This document shows, piece after piece, positions 29,350 through 39,965 of a stretch of 64,000 nt of DNA. Origin of the DNA: Polyangiales bacterium (GTDB lineage: Bacteria > Myxococcota_A > Polyangia > Polyangiales > CBDCBC01); contig OZ243942.1 in the NCBI GenBank assembly GCA_965214225.1, forward strand, positions 1,670,100-1,734,099, read 5' to 3'. The notes below the pieces were generated by a model that had not been told where the DNA came from, ran no database searches, and saw nothing but the letters and a program-made list of their open reading frames with translations. Numbering within the stretch: position 1 is the stretch's first letter; every line of letters starts with the position of its first letter. A program made the position numbers and the translations under genes.

Positions 29350-30482
29350 ATGGCATGTCAGATGCGGGTCTCTTCATCTGTCGCGCGGGTTGCTTTTCGC
29401 AGCAGCGGTCTGTGCAGGGTGTAGTTCCGATACTGCGGTCGCCCCACAAGCGGAGGGCGCCGTTGCTCAGACCTGCTCGCCGTTGGACTTCCAGCGCCAC
29501 TTCCTTACTCAGGGTCGGCAGCAGGAACCGTCCGTTTATCTGCCTCTTGTACTACGAGGGGGAGCGGGCGAAGGAGCGTCCGACTGCGTGGAAGTTGACC
29601 AGCTCTGGCAGGGAACCGTGACATCCTCCGACGGGCTTACGCAGCGCGTCGGACCCGGATTGGAGTTTGCCTTAGCCCGTCCCGAGAGGCACTCCGAACT
29701 GGCTCGCGTGTCGCGCTGATCGGCGATGTGGCCCAAGACACCGAATGGCACCACGTGCAGCTGGCCGATGGACAGCTCGGCTACGTGCGGGCTCACTGGC
29801 TCGCGGTTGGGAATACCTGCGAGCGCTGGGCACCGGCCATGCGCGCGCACTACGGCGCGCAGCACCGGCTGACGCGCTACGTCTACAAGCTCCCACCAGG
29901 CGGCATCTCGTCGCCGACAAAACCTCACAGCATGGCCATCGCAGCGGGCTACCTCAACGGTCGCATTCTCGCACCTGGGTCGGAGTACATCGCAAAGCAG
30001 CATGCACAGGCGCGCTCCTCCCTTGCCTTGCTCGACCACGGGTCGGTGCTGAGCTTCAACCTAGCCTCACATGTTGGCCCGGGTGGCAGCGGCGCAGAAT
30101 GCCGCGAACACACCGACTGCACGAATGCACGCGAGGTGTGCGCCTGCATCAATCAAGCCTGCGAGCAGCGCAGGTGCGACACGGCTCCATCGTGACAGTG
30201 GTGGAGGTTTGGGGCTTCGAGGAAGTTCCGCACCCACAGGTTCAATCGCTTGCAATCCACTGCACGGGCGGCCGCTACGTTCTCACGCGACGAGTCACCG
30301 GCGCGGCGGCCGGTGAAGACGCTTTGCCCGTCCAGGCCATCCAGAACGCGCTGAGTCTGCGGGCGCAACGCACCCGATTCGACATCAGCGGCAACACGCA
30401 GGTTTGGGAACTTCCTACCGAATACACGTGTGAGAACGAAGGCGAGCTGGTTGCCGACCTCACAGAGCTCTGCGACAACTGA
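29350..30482 (+). pseudogene. frameshifted SH3-domain, Cys-rich lipoprotein
   Basis: Coding continues across three frames (shifts near 29700 and 30180): CAG-C lipobox, DGL..RVGPG, WHHVQLADGQLGYV (SH3), C-rich module; 5' end approximate. Confidence 0.6.
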
Positions 30483-30619
30483 CTTCGCGTGGCCTAACTT
30501 CATAGACCGAGACGAGGCTGCGGGCTGCAAGCCGTTCTCCCGCCACTTTGCAAAGCTTGATCTACGCGTGTGGAGGGAGGCCATCCGCAGCGCCGGGTGA
30601 CACCCATGTCATGCGGATT

Positions 30620-30799
30620 TGTAAAGGAGTCTTTACAAGGGTAACAGCCAGAAGCTCCGTATGAACCGACCACTACTAAGGGTCAACGGGTGGTGCGCCT
30701 CCATCTGATGAAGGAAAACGCAAGGTGTCACCATGGCTGGGTAGCTCTATATCGACGTCTACATCGAGCAACGCTACGCTTTGTAAAGCTTCCTTTACA
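30620..30799. promoter_or_regulatory. two TGTAAAG-N4-CTTTACA palindromes (30620-30637, 30782-30799)
   Basis: Directly visible between convergent genes. Confidence 0.45.
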
Positions 30800-30825
30800 G
30801 GACAGACTCACCAGCGGGCATGCAA

Positions 30826-32634
30826 CTACGTTTCGCGGCGCTTCGGGCGCCGGTTTTGCGCGAGGATTTTTTTGCGCACGCGAAGCGATCCGGGGGTTGC
30901 TTCCAAAAGTTCGTCACCGTCGATCCACTCCATGCCTGTCTCGATGGCGACCTCTTTGGGTGGAGTGAGAACCACATTCTCGTCGCGGCCTGCTGCGCGA
31001 ATGTTAGTCAGCTTCTTTTCTCGGCAGACGTTGACATCCAGGTCGTTGGGTCGGTTGTGTTCGCCCACGATCATGCCTTCGTAGACATCCGCTCCAGGGC
31101 CCACGAAAAGCTCGCCGCGCGACTGCAGGTTGAACAGCGCGTAAGGCGTCGTCACTCCGTTGCGGTCGGCCACCAACGCTCCGTTCTTGCGTCGCAACAT
31201 CGCGCCTTCAAAAGGTTCGTAGCCATCAAAGATGGTGTTGAGTAGCCCCGAGCCGCGGGTCATCGTTAAAAACAAGGAACGGAAACCGACCAGGCCTCGC
31301 GACGGAATGCGATATTCCAAGCGACTCCGACCCGCGCCGAGCGGCCCCATCTTGAGCATTTGCGCTTTGCGTTCCCCAAGGCTGCTTGTAATCGCGCCGA
31401 CGTACTCATCGGGCACGTCGACCACTACGCGCTCAACCGGTTCACTCAGCACACCGTCAACCTCTTGCGTCACCACCTCCGGCATACCGACCGCCAACTC
31501 GTAGCCCTCGCGGCGCATCGTTTCCACCAGCACGGCAAGCATCAACTCGCCGCGCCCGTAAACAATGAAGGTGTCAGCGCTGTCGCTGTCTTCAAACTTC
31601 ATTGCGAGATTGCGGCGCGCCTCACGCTCAAGCCGGTCACGCAGATGACGCGAAGTCACCCACTTGCCCTCTTTGCCCGCGAGAGGCGAGGTGTTGACGC
31701 TGAAGGTGACCTTGATCGTCGGCTTCTCCACCTCGATGCGGGGAAGCGCTTCGGGGTGCTCTGGGTCTGCAAGCGTATCGCCAATCTGCAGCTCCTCAAT
31801 GCCCGCAATAGCGACGATGTCGCCCGCGGTGACCTCCTCAACAGGCGTGCGTGCCATACCCCGGAAGCCGTAAAGCGCACTGCAGCGGGCAGCCTTCTCC
31901 CCTGATTGGTGCAACCTCGTTACCGTTTGCCCCACCGAAAGCTTGCCGCGAAGCACCCGACCAATGCCGAGGCGACCCACGTAGTCGTCGTGCTCTGTGT
32001 TGTTGACCAGCAACTGGAAAGGCGCTTCCACGTCAACGTCAGGCGCAGGAACCAGTTCAAGGATGGCCTTAAACAGTGGCGTGAGGTCATCGGCCAGCGC
32101 ATCCGGAGTGTCTCCGCACACGCCGTTCTTCCCGATGGCGTATAGGGTGCGAAAATCGGCTTGATCGTCCGATGCGCCGAGGTCACAAAAGAGATCGAAG
32201 GCCTCGTTGAGCACCTCTTCAGGCCGCGCGTCTTGTCGGTCAACCTTGTTGATCACCACAAGCACCGGCATCTTGCGGTTGATCGCCTTACCAAGGACAA
32301 AACGCGTCTGGGGCAGCGGTCCCTCCGCCGCATCCACCAGCAAAAGAGCGCCGTCGGCCATCATCAGCGTGCGCTCCACCTCTCCGCCGAAGTCTGCGTG
32401 GCCAGGCGTGTCGATGATGTTGATGCGCACATCTTTGTAGGTGACCGAGGCCTGCTTGGCAAAGATTGTGATGCCGCGCTCGCGCTCAAGATCATTGGAA
32501 TCCATCGCGCGGTCGGGCGCTGCCTCGTTCTCGCGAAAGATGCCCGTCTGCTTGAGCATCGCGTCCACCAACGTCGTCTTTCCATGATCGACGTGGGCGA
32601 TGATGGCAATGTTGCGTAACTTGAGGTCCGTCAT
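30826..32634 (-). CDS. typA: translational GTPase TypA/BipA
   Basis: RNIAIIAHVDHGKTTLVD, MDSNDLERERGITI, DTPGHADFGGEVER, KKLTNIRA. Confidence 0.98.
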   Translation of the reverse strand: MTDLKLRNIAIIAHVDHGKTTLVDAMLKQTGIFRENEAAPDRAMDSNDLERERGITIFAKQASVTYKDVRINIIDTPGHADFGGEVERTLMMADGALLLVDAAEGPLPQTRFVLGKAINRKMPVLVVINKVDRQDARPEEVLNEAFDLFCDLGASDDQADFRTLYAIGKNGVCGDTPDALADDLTPLFKAILELVPAPDVDVEAPFQLLVNNTEHDDYVGRLGIGRVLRGKLSVGQTVTRLHQSGEKAARCSALYGFRGMARTPVEEVTAGDIVAIAGIEELQIGDTLADPEHPEALPRIEVEKPTIKVTFSVNTSPLAGKEGKWVTSRHLRDRLEREARRNLAMKFEDSDSADTFIVYGRGELMLAVLVETMRREGYELAVGMPEVVTQEVDGVLSEPVERVVVDVPDEYVGAITSSLGERKAQMLKMGPLGAGRSRLEYRIPSRGLVGFRSLFLTMTRGSGLLNTIFDGYEPFEGAMLRRKNGALVADRNGVTTPYALFNLQSRGELFVGPGADVYEGMIVGEHNRPNDLDVNVCREKKLTNIRAAGRDENVVLTPPKEVAIETGMEWIDGDELLEATPGSLRVRKKILAQNRRPKRRET

Positions 32635-32805
32635 TCTTCTCCAAGGTGTTGCGGTGCTGCAAAGAGCGGGGGTGTAGCATCATTGGAAGCGCCCTGCCTC
32701 CTGAAGTCCTGCACGTCCACGCTCCCATCGCTCTGCTGCGCGTGAGTTTCTGCAAATGACGCTGGAGTAACCGGGGTTTCGCGGTACACTCCCGTTGGAG
32801 GCATC

Positions 32806-34524
32806 TTGGAGAACGGACACACACCAACCGGCGCGGAAAAGGTCATCGCTTGCCTGGAGCGCGAAGGAGTCGAGCTGATCTTCGGGTATCCAGGTGGAGC
32901 CGCAATTCCCCTGTTTGATGCGCTAGTCGACTCGTCGATCAAGCTTGTTCTCGTTCGACACGAGCAAGGCGCCACGCACATGGCCGACGGCTACGCACGT
33001 GCGACCGGCAAGCCCGGCGTGGTTTTGGTGACCTCAGGGCCGGGAGCCACCAACACCGTGACCGGCCTGTTTACCGCGCAGATGGACTCGGTTCCGCTGA
33101 TCGTGCTGACCGGCCAGACCATCACGCCTATGCTCGGCAAAGACGCTTTCCAGGAAGCCGACGTGACGGGCATCACCTATCCCGTGGTCAAGCACAGCTA
33201 CCTGGTCAAGGACCCGCTGGAGATTCCAAAGGTGATGCGCGAGGCGTTTCACATCGCAACGACCGGGCGCCCAGGCCCTGTGCTGATTGACCTACCCAAA
33301 GACGTGACCTCGGCGCCCTGCCCCGCACCCATCGTGACGGAAGTGGACTTGCCCGGCTACAAGGTGCCCGGCGGCGGAGCTCCGGCCGACCTGCAACGTG
33401 CAGCAGAGCTGCTTAATGCGTCGGAAAAGCCCTTGCTTTACGTCGGCCATGGGGCCGTGATTTCCAACGCCGGCGAGGCGCTCACCAAGTTCATTGAGCG
33501 ACTACAAGCGCCCACGGTGACCACCTTACTCGGCAAGGGCGCTGTGAATGAAACGCACCCGCTCCACCTGGGCATGATGGGCATGCACGGCACCGCTTAT
33601 GCCAACAAAGCCGTCTGCGGTTGCGACCTGATCATGGCGGTTGGCGCGCGTTGGGATGATCGGGTCACCGGTAAGCTTGCCGAGTTTTGCCCCACCGCAA
33701 AGAAGATTCACGTCGACATCGACGTCGCAGAGTTTGGCAAGGTGATCATGCCCGACGTATCCATCGCCGGTGACGCCAAGAAAGTGATCGAGAACCTTTT
33801 GCCCCTGGTGAGGCGCGGCAACACCGAGCCCTGGCTCAAGCAATGCACGAGCTGGCGCAAAGATCATCCTCTCAAATACGACCCTGAGGGAGGTCTCAAA
33901 GCCCAGCACGTGGTGGACCGCCTCTACCAGCTCACAGAGGGGAACGCCATTGTAACGACTGACGTTGGCCAGCATCAGATGTGGGCGGCGCAGTTCTTCC
34001 CGACACTCAGCAACCGCCATTGGCTCAGCTCAGGTGGCGCTGGCACCATGGGCTTTGGTTTCCCCGCCGCTATCGGCGCGCAGTTTGGCAAACCCGATAG
34101 CCGCGTCATCGCCATTGTGGGCGACGGCGGCTTCCAGATGACGATGATGGAGCTTGCCACAGCTGCCATACATAAGTTGCCGCTCAAGTGCGTCATCATC
34201 AACAACAACTACCTCGGCATGGTGCGGCAGTGGCAGGAGCTCTTCTATGATAACCGCCTCTCCGGCGTGGACATGGAAGGCAACCCTGACTTTGTCATGT
34301 TGGCCGAGTCCTTCGGCGTAAAGGGCTTTCGCGTGGACAGCATCGAGGAGCTCGACGCAACGCTGCAGGCGGCGCTCGATTATAACGAGGGCCCGTGCGT
34401 GGTTGAAGCTGCCGTCATTAAGCAGGAAAATGTCTTCCCGATGATTCCCGCAGGATCCGCGGTGCACGAGATGATCATCGATCCACCCACGACGCAGCTT
34501 GAGAAACCTACCGGCAGCACGTAA
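32806..34524 (+). CDS. ilvB: acetolactate synthase large (catalytic) subunit
   Basis: FGYPGG, RHEQGA, TSGPGATN, TDVGQHQMW, GDGGFQMT, NNNYLGMVRQWQ. Confidence 0.97.
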   Translation: MENGHTPTGAEKVIACLEREGVELIFGYPGGAAIPLFDALVDSSIKLVLVRHEQGATHMADGYARATGKPGVVLVTSGPGATNTVTGLFTAQMDSVPLIVLTGQTITPMLGKDAFQEADVTGITYPVVKHSYLVKDPLEIPKVMREAFHIATTGRPGPVLIDLPKDVTSAPCPAPIVTEVDLPGYKVPGGGAPADLQRAAELLNASEKPLLYVGHGAVISNAGEALTKFIERLQAPTVTTLLGKGAVNETHPLHLGMMGMHGTAYANKAVCGCDLIMAVGARWDDRVTGKLAEFCPTAKKIHVDIDVAEFGKVIMPDVSIAGDAKKVIENLLPLVRRGNTEPWLKQCTSWRKDHPLKYDPEGGLKAQHVVDRLYQLTEGNAIVTTDVGQHQMWAAQFFPTLSNRHWLSSGGAGTMGFGFPAAIGAQFGKPDSRVIAIVGDGGFQMTMMELATAAIHKLPLKCVIINNNYLGMVRQWQELFYDNRLSGVDMEGNPDFVMLAESFGVKGFRVDSIEELDATLQAALDYNEGPCVVEAAVIKQENVFPMIPAGSAVHEMIIDPPTTQLEKPTGST

Positions 34525-34629
34525 TCGGCCCGCAGCGTCTCACGCTTGGAGTGGGTGATGACCGCGGCTGTTGCATCTAGCAGGGCGGGCAGTTTGGGCC
34601 ATGTGGCGACGCTTGGTAGCTGCCCGTGC

Positions 34630-35100
34630 TGGTGGCTGGCCCGAGGGCCGATGCATCGCCGCTCACTCAGCGGGACCCACCACTGCCTTGCAGGCAGTGG
34701 TCCCCCCAATACGTTCGCTCACGATGCATCGGCCCTCGGGCCTGTCGTGGATGCCGACACGCGGTGCGGGAAGAGTCGGGCGTATACGACTTCGCCGAGG
34801 GGCTCAGACTCATTTCTGGATGAGGACCGTACTACCTGAACAGGTTCGTGATGGACGGGGGAGTTTGGGTGAATGCGCGGAATTGACTTCCGCGGAGAGG
34901 GTCTGGGTGCCAGACCCTTCGATAAAGATCGCATCGCCGCTCACTCAGCGGGACCCACCACTGCCTTGCAGGCAGTGGTCCCCCCAATACGTTCGCTCAC
35001 GATGCATCGGCCCTCGGGCCTGTCGTGGATGCAGACATGCGGCACGGGGAGAGTGTGGCGTAGTCGACTTCGCCGAGGGGGCTCAGGCTCATTTTCGGAT
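34630..35100. repeat. composite hairpin repeat family B, copy 3 (inverted)
   Basis: Reverse-complement core at 34655 and 34933. Confidence 0.85.
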
Positions 35101-35131
35101 GAGGACCCAGCTGATTGACAAGGACTAGGCG

Positions 35132-35515
35132 ATGCATCACGCGGCTGGCCAGTGTTTGTCGAATAGAGACGGGATCAGGTATTCTCAGGGCTCGATGTGG
35201 ATCTTCAACGGTGACCTGATTTGTCCGCTTACGATGCTGGCTCTGCCGACGTGGCCTGTGTTGGTGGTCTACGCGGTTTCGAAGCACTCACCTCGCGTCG
35301 GCTGTGTTGCAGGAGTGGGGATCGCACTCCTGGTCATTGCTGTGCTGACGTACAACTTCAGGCACACGCCTTCGGACCCTCAGGATGGCATCACGATCAT
35401 GTTTATTGGCGTATACGCCTATACCTATGGAGGGTTGTCTGGCAGCATCGTGGCGATCCTACATGGCTGTATGACGCGCTTTCGGCCTAGCCGAAGGCAA
35501 TCCGCGCGCGAGTAG
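35132..35515 (+). CDS. small hypothetical membrane protein
   Basis: Three hydrophobic segments. Confidence 0.4.
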   Translation: MHHAAGQCLSNRDGIRYSQGSMWIFNGDLICPLTMLALPTWPVLVVYAVSKHSPRVGCVAGVGIALLVIAVLTYNFRHTPSDPQDGITIMFIGVYAYTYGGLSGSIVAILHGCMTRFRPSRRQSARE

Positions 35516-35634
35516 ACACGCTTGCCTCTGAGCCCGCGTGACGGAAAAGGTTCAACTCCATCGATGACTGCGCCGTCATGCTGCCCGAGAAGTTGAGAGG
35601 GCGATGCGCGTCCTCTTCCTCCTGCTACCGCCAG

Positions 35635-36117
35635 CTACTCGTTGGGTGGGATGAGCTGCTCAAGCAACGTTATGACCGCGGTCGTAAACTTCGCTGTTAT
35701 CGCTTCGGCATTTTGCAGGAGACCTGTCATTCTTGGCCAATCGAGGTCAAAGAAGTACATGTGACGGAAGGCGTGACGGAAGCGACGATACTCATCGATC
35801 CGCCGAGCAAGCTCCTCATCAAGCAAAGCCTCTCGAAGAGTCGGAATGGGTGCCGTGAGCTGGTCCACCAGCAGGCGATGTGTCTCCGGGCCAGTAGGCA
35901 CTGACTCGTCCACGGCGTGGGCTATGCGAAGCAAGCAGTTCTCGATCGCATTGTAAAGGTTATGCAGAAAAGCTGCCGCTGCGACGACTTCAATGCGACT
36001 TGGCTCACGCTCAGAAACCGACCTGATCAGACCTGTTATTTCCTCAGACACCTGAGTCAGACGCCTGAATTCAATCGTGAGTTGTGCCCTTAGCGCTGGC
36101 AACTCCTGGCGAGTCAT
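35635..36117 (-). CDS. HepT-like HEPN RNase toxin
   Basis: LHNLYNAIE..L.RIA and RHAFRHMY (RX4HXY); ATG overlaps the MNT stop (ATGA). Confidence 0.85.
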   Translation of the reverse strand: MTRQELPALRAQLTIEFRRLTQVSEEITGLIRSVSEREPSRIEVVAAAAFLHNLYNAIENCLLRIAHAVDESVPTGPETHRLLVDQLTAPIPTLREALLDEELARRIDEYRRFRHAFRHMYFFDLDWPRMTGLLQNAEAITAKFTTAVITLLEQLIPPNE

Positions 36118-36485
36118 TCGGACCTCACCCGCACGGAGTCGCCAAGCAACAGGATACCCGATTTGCGGAGGTGGGCGCACACATCGTCAGGAGCTTGCTC
36201 CAAATCAATGAGGTCGAGAGGCAGCTGCAGCTCCCTTTCCAAATCCGCAGCCAGGCGGTAGAACGAGCGCGGATCCGCTCCACGAACTGCCAGATCAACA
36301 TCCGAGTCAGGTCGCACACGTTGCGTGGCAAATGAGCCAAACAAGATGGCCTCCAACACCCCATAGTCGTCAAGCATTTGCCGCACGTTGGGGAGCCGAT
36401 CCTTAAACTGCCGCAGACGCCGAACCACAGCTTGTTCCCGCAGTTGATCGCGCTCTTGCCAAAGGTCGCACTGCTCAGCACACAT
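36114..36485 (-). CDS. MntA-like minimal nucleotidyltransferase antitoxin
   Basis: LFGSFATQRVRPDSDVDLAV = GSX10DXD. Confidence 0.88.
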   Translation of the reverse strand: MCAEQCDLWQERDQLREQAVVRRLRQFKDRLPNVRQMLDDYGVLEAILFGSFATQRVRPDSDVDLAVRGADPRSFYRLAADLERELQLPLDLIDLEQAPDDVCAHLRKSGILLLGDSVRVRSE

Positions 36486-36755
36486 GGCTGAAGTCTACCA
36501 TAGAGCGCGCGATAAGCGACTGATCGTAAGGCCCATGTGAGCTCTAGAGGCCGACCTCGAAATGGCTGGCGGTCGAGATGAGCGGGCCTTCGCCCCAACG
36601 TTCGACGAAGGCCCTGCGCGTTGTCAGTCCCCGGTTATGACTTCACTAACGTACCAAACACCTTCGATGCCCGTGCACTTGTCCCTAATAATCTGGGGGA
36701 ACTCCGCCTCGGTCGCTCCGTTGCCGAAGTATCCTCTCGAGGCTACACTGGGTTA

Positions 36756-37070
36756 ATGCGAGCAGTTGGCCTCAAGAAGCTCAAAAACCACCTGAGCGAG
36801 TACGTTCGCAGGGCGGCCAGCGGTGAGACGGTGCTGGTTACCGATCGGGACCGTGTCGTGGCTCGACTGGTCGCGCCTGAAGGGCCTGATCCTTCCGACG
36901 TGAGCGACGTCTTCCTAAGACAAGGGCTTAGGGAGGGTTGGTTGAGCCGCCCTGTAGAACGAACCCCTTCGGAACCCCCTCGGGCACCATTGGCCCTACG
37001 CTCATCACTCGAAAGTATCTTGCGGGAGCTCACGGAGGACCGATTGACCAGCACCAACATGTCACCCTAG
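36756..37070 (+). CDS. Phd/YefM-family antitoxin
   Basis: MRAVGLKKLKNHLSEYVRRAASGETVLVTDRDRVVARL. Confidence 0.85.
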   Translation: MRAVGLKKLKNHLSEYVRRAASGETVLVTDRDRVVARLVAPEGPDPSDVSDVFLRQGLREGWLSRPVERTPSEPPRAPLALRSSLESILRELTEDRLTSTNMSP

Positions 37071-37135
37071 TGAGCTACGACGAGAAGATGCTACTGGCGG
37101 CCAAAGCCCTCTCGATACCAGTTTCCGATCCTTAG
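37050..37135 (+). pseudogene. C-terminal remnant of a PIN/VapC toxin
   Basis: VTLVSYDEKMLLAAKALSIPV directly after the Phd gene. Confidence 0.5.
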
Positions 37136-37256
37136 GGTTCGGGGCAGCTTAGTGTTCAGCACTCAAGCACTCAGCACCGGAAAGGCGGCTACAGGCAGCC
37201 TGCCGCAGTGTAAGTTGCGGCTACCGGCTCCCTCAGCGCATGCTACCAATCGCTCA

Positions 37257-37476
37257 CTGAAGCTTGAATCACCCCTCGAACGTAAAGGCGTGGGTATACC
37301 ATCGGGTCTCATTGTGCGGGATAAGCCCGGCGTGTTGGTTCGCGTGGCGCTGGTCTTCGCGCGTCGTGGCTACAACATCGAGAGTCTGGTGGTGAGCCCG
37401 GGGGTGAAGGAGGGGTTTTCCCGCATGACCATCACGTCATCGGGCGACCCTTCCACCTTGGGTCAGATCATCAAGC
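37257..37476 (+). pseudogene. ilvN: 5' fragment of acetolactate synthase small subunit (duplicate of 42617-42833)
   Basis: LIVRDKPGVLVRVALVFARRGYNIESL...LGQIIK nearly identical in protein to ilvN; ATG replaced by CTG; truncated. Confidence 0.9.
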
Positions 37477-37733
37477 TCCATGCGGTGACCGGAGTCAACC
37501 TGAGGAGGAGTCACGCGAGGGATCTTCCACATGTGCCTCTCAAGCATCGGGACAAAGTTCAGCAACATCAGGCGCAGCATCTCTCCCGTTCGAAAAGATA
37601 CATTTTTGGTTTCTCCCCGCCAATGGAACGTCGCCGAACTGGTAAGCTCTTGATAAGTCTCCTCAACGACTGAGAAAGTGGAGACAAACTCGCCGCCTGT
37701 CGTGTGATGAACAGCGTTCTCCAGGTGCGCGAA

Positions 37734-38340
37734 TTGCCTCAAAAAGAGTGAGGTCGGAAGGAAATCATTGCCTCAGAAGTGAGTGAGGCTCAGGTGGCTC
37801 CGAAAGGAGACCTATGAGCCGAACCGAAAAACGTGCGTACATCGATGCGGTCAGGCCCCGCTACCAGCGCTCGTAAGACCACCCTAATAAACCTATCTTC
37901 ACACGAGGCAGGCCGTACAAGAAAAATGACGGCTGTCACGTCGAGCAAAAGAACTGGACCCACGTTCGAAAGCTGCTCGGCTATGCGCGCATAGACAACA
38001 AGGCTATCCTCGATGACATCAACGACCTCTATCGCAACGAAGTCAGTTGGTACAACAACCCCTTGAACGTCCATATGAAGCTGGTGAGCAAAGAGCGGGT
38101 CGGCTCCAAGATACGACGCAAATACGACCACGCCCAAACGCCTTTGCAGCGTCTCATCGATTCAGGCTACGCTGACCCCAAGATGCTCGAGCACTACCAA
38201 CGCTTGCAACAAACGCTCAACCCCTTCACCCTCAAAGACACCATCGAAGCCAAGATCAAGGACATCATGATACGAGCCACCGCCGCCTCCATCGCTTCTA
38301 AAGTCTAGCTCTCTTTCGGCAACACTTTCTTTTGAGGCAA
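37734..38340 (+). mobile_element. internally deleted IS (integrase-core DDE transposase, TTGCCTCA termini; family uncertain)
   Basis: Ends ttgcctcaaaaagagtg / cactttcttttgaggcaa; N-terminal MSRTEKRAYI..VRPRYQR and C-terminal KND.CHVEQKNWTHVRKLLGY, MKLVSKERVGSK...TPLQRL fragments. Confidence 0.75.
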
Positions 38341-38398
38341 TCCGGACTGAGGCATGGCGATCGCATCTAAAATAGGTGACAGATCAGAGGGATGTGCG

Positions 38399-38458
38399 AT
38401 CTGGAGACGGTCTCGTCTCCAGATGCTATCTTTGTAAAGTAACCTTTACAAAGATAGC
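38399..38458. repeat. two adjacent perfect hairpins, the second containing TGTAAAG-N4-CTTTACA
   Basis: atctggagacg-gtct-cgtctccagat; gctatctttgtaaag-taac-ctttacaaagatagc. Confidence 0.7.
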
Positions 38459-38559
38459 GACTCCGTTGTGGCAGAGAACGGATGATGCCTCAGCCGTTCG
38501 CAGAGGTTCGTCATAAACTAACCTGGGAACGTGAGAGAGCCTGGGAACGTGAGAGAGCC

Positions 38560-38825
38560 TACCTTACAAGAGCGGCGCCCGATCGTGGTGAAGAACGTTT
38601 CTTGGCCACTTGGGGCGGGGGAGCCACGTTTTTTCGATGTGCTCTTGACGCCGCTCAACTCTCAGCGCCGACTGTTAATGGGTGTCCTTATTTCGTTCAC
38701 GGATGTGACGTGCGCTAGGCCCATGCATGAGCAGCTGGAGCGCTCAAAGCAAGAGCTCGAGACGACCCAGGAAGAGCTGCGGTAGCAACGAGAAGCTCGA
38801 GACCATCAATGAAGAGCTTCGGGTA
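38560..38825 (+). pseudogene. fragment of a CheR/PAS-type signalling protein
   Basis: GVLISFTDVT...LERSKQELETTQEEL then frameshifted NE.LETINEELR coiled-coil. Confidence 0.65.
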
Positions 38826-38836
38826 AGCTTGACAAA

Positions 38837-39871
38837 GTGATTGTCGAGCAGATTCGGCCGCGCATCGTGACTGCCTGCGCCACCGGAACGGCAGGGCAGA
38901 ACGGTTGCCATTACATCGGCGGCGATGGGCTACAGCAAGCCGTGAACGACGCTGGCCCAGACGAGCTAGTTCGAGTCGAGCTCAAGAGCGGCCGCTACAG
39001 TCGCCAAACTGCTTCGGAGCATCTGACGTCGGCGGGTCGAAAGGCAAAAGCCATGCTCTTTTCGGAGAACAAGTATATCCATCTGAAAGCAGAAGCCGAT
39101 GCTGTTCTCGATGGGGGCGCGAGTGCGAACATGAGTGGGATTGCGGTGAGATCAGGATCCTGGTGGCTCGAGCGAATCAGGATAGAAGGCTTCAAGGCAG
39201 ACTCAAACGATTGCTTCGAGTCCGGGCGGACCTGTTCACGGGGCGACGGTCTCGTTAGCACTCCAAGTGGTGTGGCAGTGGTCTACGGCGGACGCATCTC
39301 GAGAAACGCACGGCACGGGATCGCCGCGTGGCACAACGCTCAACTCTCTGTGAGAAACTCGATAGTAACGAAAAACGGAGGAGGCCCTGGCATCTACGTG
39401 GATTACGATGTAAGGGCGCTGATACGCAACAACACCGTCCATTGGAATGGCAGGACCAACGTGTGGGTCTATAGCTGCCGCGGAAATCCGTCTGTCACAG
39501 TCGTCAACAACCTCGTTACCTTTGCGCGCGAGGTAGGAGGAATTGGGGCTTACGGAATTGTCATGTCATGCCGCGACAATCATCTCGACAATGACGAGAT
39601 CCATCACAATCTCGCCTATGGAAATGCAAGGGAACGTTCAGACTGCAACGGCTATGAGCTCTGCGAGCCGTACGTGGGCTTCGGCGACCCTAAGTACGTA
39701 AACTACGAGAGCGCCGACTTCCACTTGTCCGATGGCTCTTACGCTCGTGACGCGGGCGAGCCAAGCATCCAGGATCCAGACGCAAGCCGCTCCGACATCG
39801 GCGCGTATGGTGGCCCCGGCGCTTGTATCCTCGATTCGAGTCTCCCCGGCTGCTCCGCCGTCGGGCCTTAG
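38837..39871 (+). CDS. right-handed parallel beta-helix protein (probably 5'-truncated)
   Basis: LQQAVN, I..N...GI repeats, IRNNTV, VNNLV, DFHLSDGSYARDAG...SDIGAYGGP. Confidence 0.75.
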   Translation: MIVEQIRPRIVTACATGTAGQNGCHYIGGDGLQQAVNDAGPDELVRVELKSGRYSRQTASEHLTSAGRKAKAMLFSENKYIHLKAEADAVLDGGASANMSGIAVRSGSWWLERIRIEGFKADSNDCFESGRTCSRGDGLVSTPSGVAVVYGGRISRNARHGIAAWHNAQLSVRNSIVTKNGGGPGIYVDYDVRALIRNNTVHWNGRTNVWVYSCRGNPSVTVVNNLVTFAREVGGIGAYGIVMSCRDNHLDNDEIHHNLAYGNARERSDCNGYELCEPYVGFGDPKYVNYESADFHLSDGSYARDAGEPSIQDPDASRSDIGAYGGPGACILDSSLPGCSAVGP

Positions 39872-39965
39872 GACTCACGACTCGCGACTCACGACTCGCG
39901 ACTCACCCCGAACATTGTTCATACGGTCTTAAATGCGCTAGAGGCGGGGAGAGATCTCCGGCAGC

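Noticed and set aside
37152-37673. Functional second ilvN (173-aa ORF)
   Set aside because: Only about 70 central codons are IlvN-like, the flanks are unrelated, and the native ATG is lost
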